Of a stretch of DNA of 64,000 bases, positions 54,786 to 64,000 are shown piece after piece. Each line of letters starts with the position of its first letter. Position 1 is the first letter of the stretch. The notes under the pieces were generated by a model that saw only the letters and a program-made list of their open reading frames with translations, did no database searches and had not been told where the DNA came from. The DNA lies in the NCBI RefSeq assembly GCF_009914755.1, contig NC_060930.1. One strand, written 5' to 3'. The stretch comes from the human T2T-CHM13v2.0 reference genome, Homo sapiens. The translations under genes were made by a program, and so were the position numbers.

Positions 54786-56169
54786 CTTTGTGGTTTTATC
54801 TACCTTTGGTCTTTGATGATGGTGACGTACAGATGGGTTTTTGGTGTGGATGTCCTTTCTGTTTGTTAGTTTTCCTTCTAACAGTCAGGACCCTCAGCTG
54901 CAGGTCTGTTGGAGTTTACTGGAGGTCCACTCCAGACCCTGTTTGTCTGGGTATCAGCAGCGGTGGCTGCAGAACAGCGGATATTGGTGAACCACAAATG
55001 TTGCTGCCTGATCGTTCCTCTGGAAGTTTTGTCTCAGAGGAGTACCAGGCCATGTGAGGTGTCAGTCTGCCCCTACTGGGGGGTGCCTCCCAGTTAGGCT
55101 ACTCGGGGGTCAGGGACCCACTTGAAGAGGCAGTCTGCCCGTTCTCAGATCTCCAGCTGCATGCTGGGAGAACCACTACTCTCATCAAAGCTGTCAGACA
55201 GGGACATTTAAGTCTGCAGAGGTTACTGCTGTCTTTTGTTTGTCTGTGCCCTGCCCCCAGAGGTGGAGCCTACAGAGGCTTGCAGGCCTCCTTGAGCTGT
55301 GGTGGGCTTCACCCAGTTTGAGCTTCCCTGCCACTTTGTTTACCTACTCAAGCCTGAGCAATGGTGGGCTCCCCTCCCCAAGCCTCGCTGCTGCCTTGCA
55401 GTTTGATCTCAGACCACTGTGCTAGCAATGAGCGAGGCTCCGTGGGCGTAGGCCCTTCGAGCCAGGTGCAGGATATAATCTCTTGGTGTGCTGTTTGTTA
55501 AGCACGATGGAAAAGCCCAGTATTATGGTGGGAGTAACCTGATTTTCCAGGTGCCATCTGTCACCGCTTTCTTTGACTAGGAAAGGGAATTCCCTGACCC
55601 CTTGTGCTTCCCGGGTGAGGCGATGCCTCGCCCTGCTTCGGCTCACGCACGGTGCACTGCACACACTGTCCTGCACCCACTATCTGGCACTCCCCAGTGA
55701 GATGAACCCGGTACCTCAGTTGGAAATGCAGAAATCACCAGTCTTCTTCATGGCTTACACTGGGAGCTGTACACTGGAGCTGTTCCTATTTGACTATCTT
55801 CAAAATGGTAATTTTTAATAACACCAAGAGGCTATTCTTCAGCTCAACAAACAAATTAGTGTAAGCATCATATTATTATTTAGAATGGCCTGTTTCTGTG
55901 GAGATTTAGAAACATGGGCACTCATGGTTATTTTGCTGATTTTTGGATAATTCAATAACATGTATCTAAATAAAAATGTTTCTTTGCTTTATTTTAGTAG
56001 ATCTGCTTCTAAGAATTTATTTAATCCAAGAATATAACCATTAGATATGCTCAAATATTGATCTATTAAGATGTTCTTTGTACCACGGTTTATAACAGAA
56101 ATAGTACAAAAAGGAAACAGAACAACTGTCACTTAGTAAGAGGCTGACTTTGGATATATGCTTGATCTA

Positions 56170-57325
56170 GCCCACTGCCTCCACTTTAGTCCTGAGGGTC
56201 ACCATCACTTCTTACCTGAACTACTACAGTAGGTCCTAACTGGTTTTGGGGCTTCCACATTCCTCATCCTCCAATATGTTCTCCACACAGCAGCAATAGG
56301 AATCTTAAACTATAAATCGAGTCATATCATTCCACTCCTTAAAACCTTCTGGAGCCTTCCATTGCCCTGAAAATAAAAGCTACACTCAGTCCATGAGCTC
56401 AAAGTCCCTTCAAGAAATGGCCCCAGCCACAATGTGTGTGTGTGTGGTTGTGCGTGTTTGTGCTTATGCATCCTTTGTTTTTAAAAAATTTGTATTAGAG
56501 TATAATTTACACACAGTGAAATGCACAGATATTGAGTGTATAATTTGATGAGCCTTGACAAATTTATTCACCCATGTAACAAACACTCCTATCATCATAT
56601 AAGACAGTTCCAATACCCCCCGAAATACCCTCATGTCCCTCCTTAGTTAACCCCTGCTCTACTCCCTAATTATGGGACAACTATTATTATAATTTCTATC
56701 ACCATAGATAAGTTTTGTTTGTTCTAGAATTTCATATAAATGAAAGCGTACCATGTCTTCTGTTTTGTGCCTGGCTATTTTTACTCTGCATAATGATTTC
56801 AAGATTTCATCCATGTTACTGTCTGTATCAAGTTATTCCTTTTATTGCTAAGTAGTGTTTCATTGCATATCCTAGGTATTTATACTCTACAGACCTTTGA
56901 CCTTCTTCTCAGTAGTCACCAAACTTAAGCCTCACTGATCTTTGATTTGTTCCTTGAATAAGCTTCCTTTGAATCTTCAGGGTCTTTGCATCTGATGTTA
57001 CCTCTGCATGGAATGCTCTTTCCCCATCCTTTGCATAACTCACTCCTTCTCATCATTTTCGATCTCAACTAACATGCCTTCTCCACAGACAGACGTTTTC
57101 TGACCAGGCTATATAAAACACCTTTGCATAATTTTTCTCTATTAGTTCTTTCTGTTATGACATTGATCACAGTTTGCAATGGTTTTATTTATTTTTCTGT
57201 TATTCTATGTTTTCCCTTCTAGAATAAAGGCTCTCTGAAGGTAGATACAATCTCTCTCTTGTTCACTGTTTCATCCCTAGCACTTAGGAGAGTGCCTGGC
57301 ACATGGAAGGTGTTCAATAAATTTT
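56170..57325 (+). mobile_element. L2 3' region with a nested minus-strand old L1M 3' fragment (about 56480-56870)
   Basis: CTCCACACAGCAGC...TCATATCATTCCACTCCTTAAAACCTTC; tail GTGCCTGGCACATGGAAGGTGTTCAATAAA; L1M phrase GTATAATTTACACACAGTGAAATGCACAGAT. Confidence 0.7.
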
Positions 57326-57819
57326 GGGTAGGACTAGCTTTATTTAAATAAATAATAATTATTTTAATTGAATTACTTCAATCACCATTAAAATAACCCT
57401 GAAGGAAAATATATTGTGAAACATTTAGGTGAAATGACAGTTCAATAGATAGATTACAATAGTAGTATGCATAGTATAAACTCATTGTTGTGAAAAGTAA
57501 AAATTATATGTGTTTATGTATAATGAAAATATTGTTGGGCAGCATAATTTTAATCTTCTATCTCACCATTTTAATATATTCCAAAATTTGTATAATAAAA
57601 ATTATTTTCAGAATTGAAATTAATCATTTATTTCTAATCAGCTGCCTTAATCTGTAGTTTGGTGCCATGCCTGTGCCTTCCTTTGCCTGAAATGCATCAG
57701 GCAGGCGTGTGCTGTGTCTGAAATGGAGGGGGTTCATTCTGAATATTTTGTAGGATGACAGTAAGAAGTGTAGAAGTCAGGGAAAGCCTCCAAGTAAAAT
57801 CTTTACTTCTTTCTAGTGA

Positions 57820-58042
57820 AGGAGTCACCAAACCTTTTCTGTAAAAGGCCAGATAGTAGATATTTTAGGTTTTGTGGGACATTTCTTTATTGTGGCAGCT
57901 ACTGAATTCTGCCTCACTGTGAAAGCAGCTAGAGACAAAATGTAATCCAAATGGGCATGGCTATGTTCCAATAACACTTGATTTACCAAAACAGGTGGCA
58001 AGTTGGATTTAGCCCCAAGGATTATGTTTTGCTGACACCTTG
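57820..58042 (+). mobile_element. MER58A hAT-Charlie MITE
   Basis: CAAACCTTTTCTGTAAAAGGCCAGATAGTAGATATTTTAGG...TGTTCCAATAACACTTGATTTACCAAAACAGGTGGC. Confidence 0.82.
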
Positions 58043-58058
58043 TTCTAGCATAACATCT

Positions 58059-58413
58059 TGATATGGTTTGGCTCTGTGTCCCCACTCAAATCTCATCTCG
58101 AATTGTAGTCCCCATGAGGGAGGTAGGTGAATGGATCATGGGGTCATTTCCCCCGTGCTGTTTTCATGATAGTGAGTGAGTTCTCATGAGATTTGATGGT
58201 TTTATAAGGGGCTTTCCCCTCTTTGCTTTCTCTTATCTCTCCTGCCACCTTGTGAAGAAGGTGCCTTGCTTTCCCTTCACCTTCCACTATGATTGTAAGT
58301 TTCCAGAGGCCTCCCCAGCTATGTGGAACTGTGAGTCAATTAAACCTCTATCCTTTATAAATTACACAGTCTCAGGGAAGTTCTTTATAGCAGTGTGAAA
58401 ATAGACTAATACA
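58059..58413 (+). mobile_element. THE1D/MSTA MaLR solo LTR
   Basis: TGATATGGTTTGGCTCTGTGTCCCC...GACTAATACA; 5-bp TSD CATCT at 58054-58058 and 58414-58418. Confidence 0.92.
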
Positions 58414-58669
58414 CATCTCGAACTTTATTTGCTTATCCTTTTTAACTACCTAGTGAAATCAAATTATCAGAGTTCACAATTCCTGGCTTCACTACTTGCA
58501 GGCAGATGGGTCAATGAGCATATTGCTTAACATCTGTAAGTTTGGTTTTCACACCTGGAAAACAAAGCTAATACTAGTACTTACCACACAGAGTCTTTTT
58601 GATGATTAGATAAAATAATCCATGCAAAACACTCAGCCCAGGGTGTAGCATGTAGTAAAGGCTTGTCCT

Positions 58670-59150
58670 AATTACTCTGTTTGTCCTAGGTCCATTCTCT
58701 GCCCTGCTCTGCCCTGCTCTGCCCTGTGCTGAGGAAACTGACCCCTACACTTACATAACCTGGGCCCCCTGCCTGGTTGCCCTCCACTTGAGTTCACTCA
58801 CTAGGAGGCACTGGCTATAGACTGCAGGTGGGAGAAAACAGAGAGCTTTACTGAGGTATTTCTTCCTCCCCCTTCATTATTTCAGCACTGCTTTTCTGAC
58901 CACAGCTGGGTCTCTCCCTAGCTAAGGCTCTCAACAAGTAGCCCGTATTCCATGTCTTCAGCCCTCCCTCAGTGAGCTCTGGGAGTGCTATTTTCTTCCC
59001 TTGGACTTTTAGACATCCTGCTTTTACTACTCTGTGGATATCTTCATATCCTTTGCTTATTCTCTAACCCTACCTACACCTAGATAAAAAGTGTCTTCAT
59101 TTGAACCTTCTGGTGAATTCTATTCTCAGCTGGCATCCTAACTAAAACAT
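58670..59150 (+). mobile_element. LTR33-like ERVL LTR (preceded by a MIR at about 58470-58665)
   Basis: TCCATTCTCTGCCCTGCTCTGCCCTGCTCTGCCCTG...AGGAGGCACTGGCTATAGACTGCAGGTGGGAGA. Confidence 0.65.
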
Positions 59151-60234
59151 TACTCTTTCATGTTAAAAACAACAAGGATAATGGTAACGATGAAAACTAC
59201 TGTTATTGTTGTAATCATCAATTATTTCAAAAATTTTTCAGGTGTAGGTCTCTAAACTAATTCTTGGTTTACTATCCATTGCTCTTCTAGATCTTTCCAA
59301 TATAATTGTTATCAGCTAATACTATGACACTTGATATTGATGACTGGTGCTGAGAGAGACCCTGAGAGGTCAACTAACATATTTTCTTGCTTTAAGGTAT
59401 TTTGAAACATGTTTCAAAGTCAGACAGGAATCTACAGTGCTGTACCCTTTTATCTCTTTCATGTAGCGAGAATTAAAATACAGTAACATAACCCCAAGTA
59501 TAGATTTTCCAACAGTATGAAAATCACCCAGCACATAGAGTGATATTTCCATTCTTACACCACCCTTTTTGCAAGTGGTAGACAGGAATAGGGTGATAAT
59601 GGACAAGGAAAGGGTAACAAAAGCACCATTACTCAAGGTTTTCTGGAGCCAGACATGTCTGGTCATGTATTAGGGCAGCAGTCATAGGTCTGTGGCAGAG
59701 AGATGAGGGCAACCTACCTGTGGACTGGGCCCTGAAACAGAGGCTCTGAGTCAGGATTGCCCAAAGGCTCCTTCCTGTTACCTGCCTGAAGCTGAAACCT
59801 GCCAACTGCCATCCTTGGGAGCTATTAATATTTGACTTCTCATAATTAGCTCCAAATAGTTTGAATTGGGTGTATTAGTACTGTATTACTTTCACTTTAC
59901 AAAGTAAGCCTAAGAGAAACTGTATTTTCAACAATGTCTATTTAAATCAGGAAGTACAAGGCTGATCTGAATTTGACTTTCACTTCAAGTAACAATGTTA
60001 AATGTGTCTGCAAACTGGCCAACAAGTCTCAAGGAAACTGTTGTATTTTATCATTTATAAAATGAAATTTTAAGTCATCATTTTTTGCTTATATGTATAA
60101 TATGTATTATACCAATATACTTATTTTGCCAACTGTGTTTTCTTGGGAAGAATTGCTCCGTACTCTGAGATACTTTCTACTTTTTTTGATGTTAAAATAA
60201 TCTTTCTTTTATGAAACTGTAACAATGAAGACAA

Positions 60235-60490
60235 TAACGAGCCACAGTGATTGAATGAGTAGCACGTCCCAGGCACTGTGCTTAGTGCTTTTCTATATTT
60301 AGCAGGTAATTTATCTGTAATTCTCGCAAGAAGCCTTGGAGGGGAATAGGACTGTTATCCTCATTTAAAAGAGACTAAAGATGAGGGACAGAGTGGTTAA
60401 GAATATTTTTTCAAGGTCTCATAACTATTATGTGGCAATGTTGGAAGATAAACCTAGATAGTTTGACTCCAAAGGCTAAACTTCATTGTT
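60235..60490 (-). mobile_element. MIR SINE
   Basis: GATTGAATGAGTAGCACGTCCCAGGCACTGTGCTTAGTGCTTT...CTGTTATCCTCATTTAAAAGAG. Confidence 0.65.
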
Positions 60491-60501
60491 TTCCCATAGT
60501 G

Positions 60502-60563
60502 TTGGTTGGTGCAAAAGTAATTGCGGTTTTTGCAATTACTTTGGCAAAAACCAAAATTACTTT
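60502..60563. mobile_element. MADE1 mariner (Hsmar1) MITE, cut by an L1 insertion
   Basis: GGTTGGTGCAAAAGTAATTGCGGTTTTTGCAATTACTTTGGCAAAAACCAAAATTACTTT; right TIR end (TGCACCAACCTAA) is missing. Confidence 0.88.

Positions 60564-64000
<3,437 letters not shown>

Noticed and set aside
55361-55501. L1 ORF0 (ATG at 55361, MVGSPPQASLLPCSLISD...)
   Set aside because: A 1-nt deletion near GTAGGCCC shifts the frame and it stops at TAA after about 46 codons; not intact.

Overview
This is primate, almost certainly human, non-coding DNA: an AluYa5 with all five Ya5 diagnostic positions and a pure A25 tail lies at 17489-17794. It is AT-rich and dominated by transposable elements, and I find no host protein-coding exon, RNA gene or CpG island. 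Every long ORF with recognisable homology is a fragment of LINE-1 ORF1/ORF2 or ERVL gag/pro/pol; the rest are Alu, microsatellite or chance frames. The right third holds three minus-strand L1PA copies: a 5'UTR-truncated L1PA7-like element, a near full-length L1PA4-like element with a 15-bp TSD, and an L1PA7-like element that runs off the window, carries an Alu and is itself inserted into a MADE1 MITE. The left two thirds hold Alus, a twin-primed (5'-inverted) L1PB1, two ERVL internal remnants, solo LTRs (THE1/MST, MLT1, LTR33, ERV1) and MIR/L2/MER5 relics. The best candidates for real function are repeat-poor unique blocks at about 28.8-29.2 kb (two CCAAT boxes, nuclear-receptor half sites, two adjacent hairpins) and 31.1-34.8 kb (homeobox/TALE motifs, locally retained CpGs). 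Also unexplained are a ~150-bp diverged duplication (14.25 kb vs 19.3 kb) and a 62-nt hairpin at 18.5 kb. I see no convincing evidence of a new biological system. Repeat subfamily calls come from recalled consensus sequences and need RepeatMasker/Dfam confirmation.
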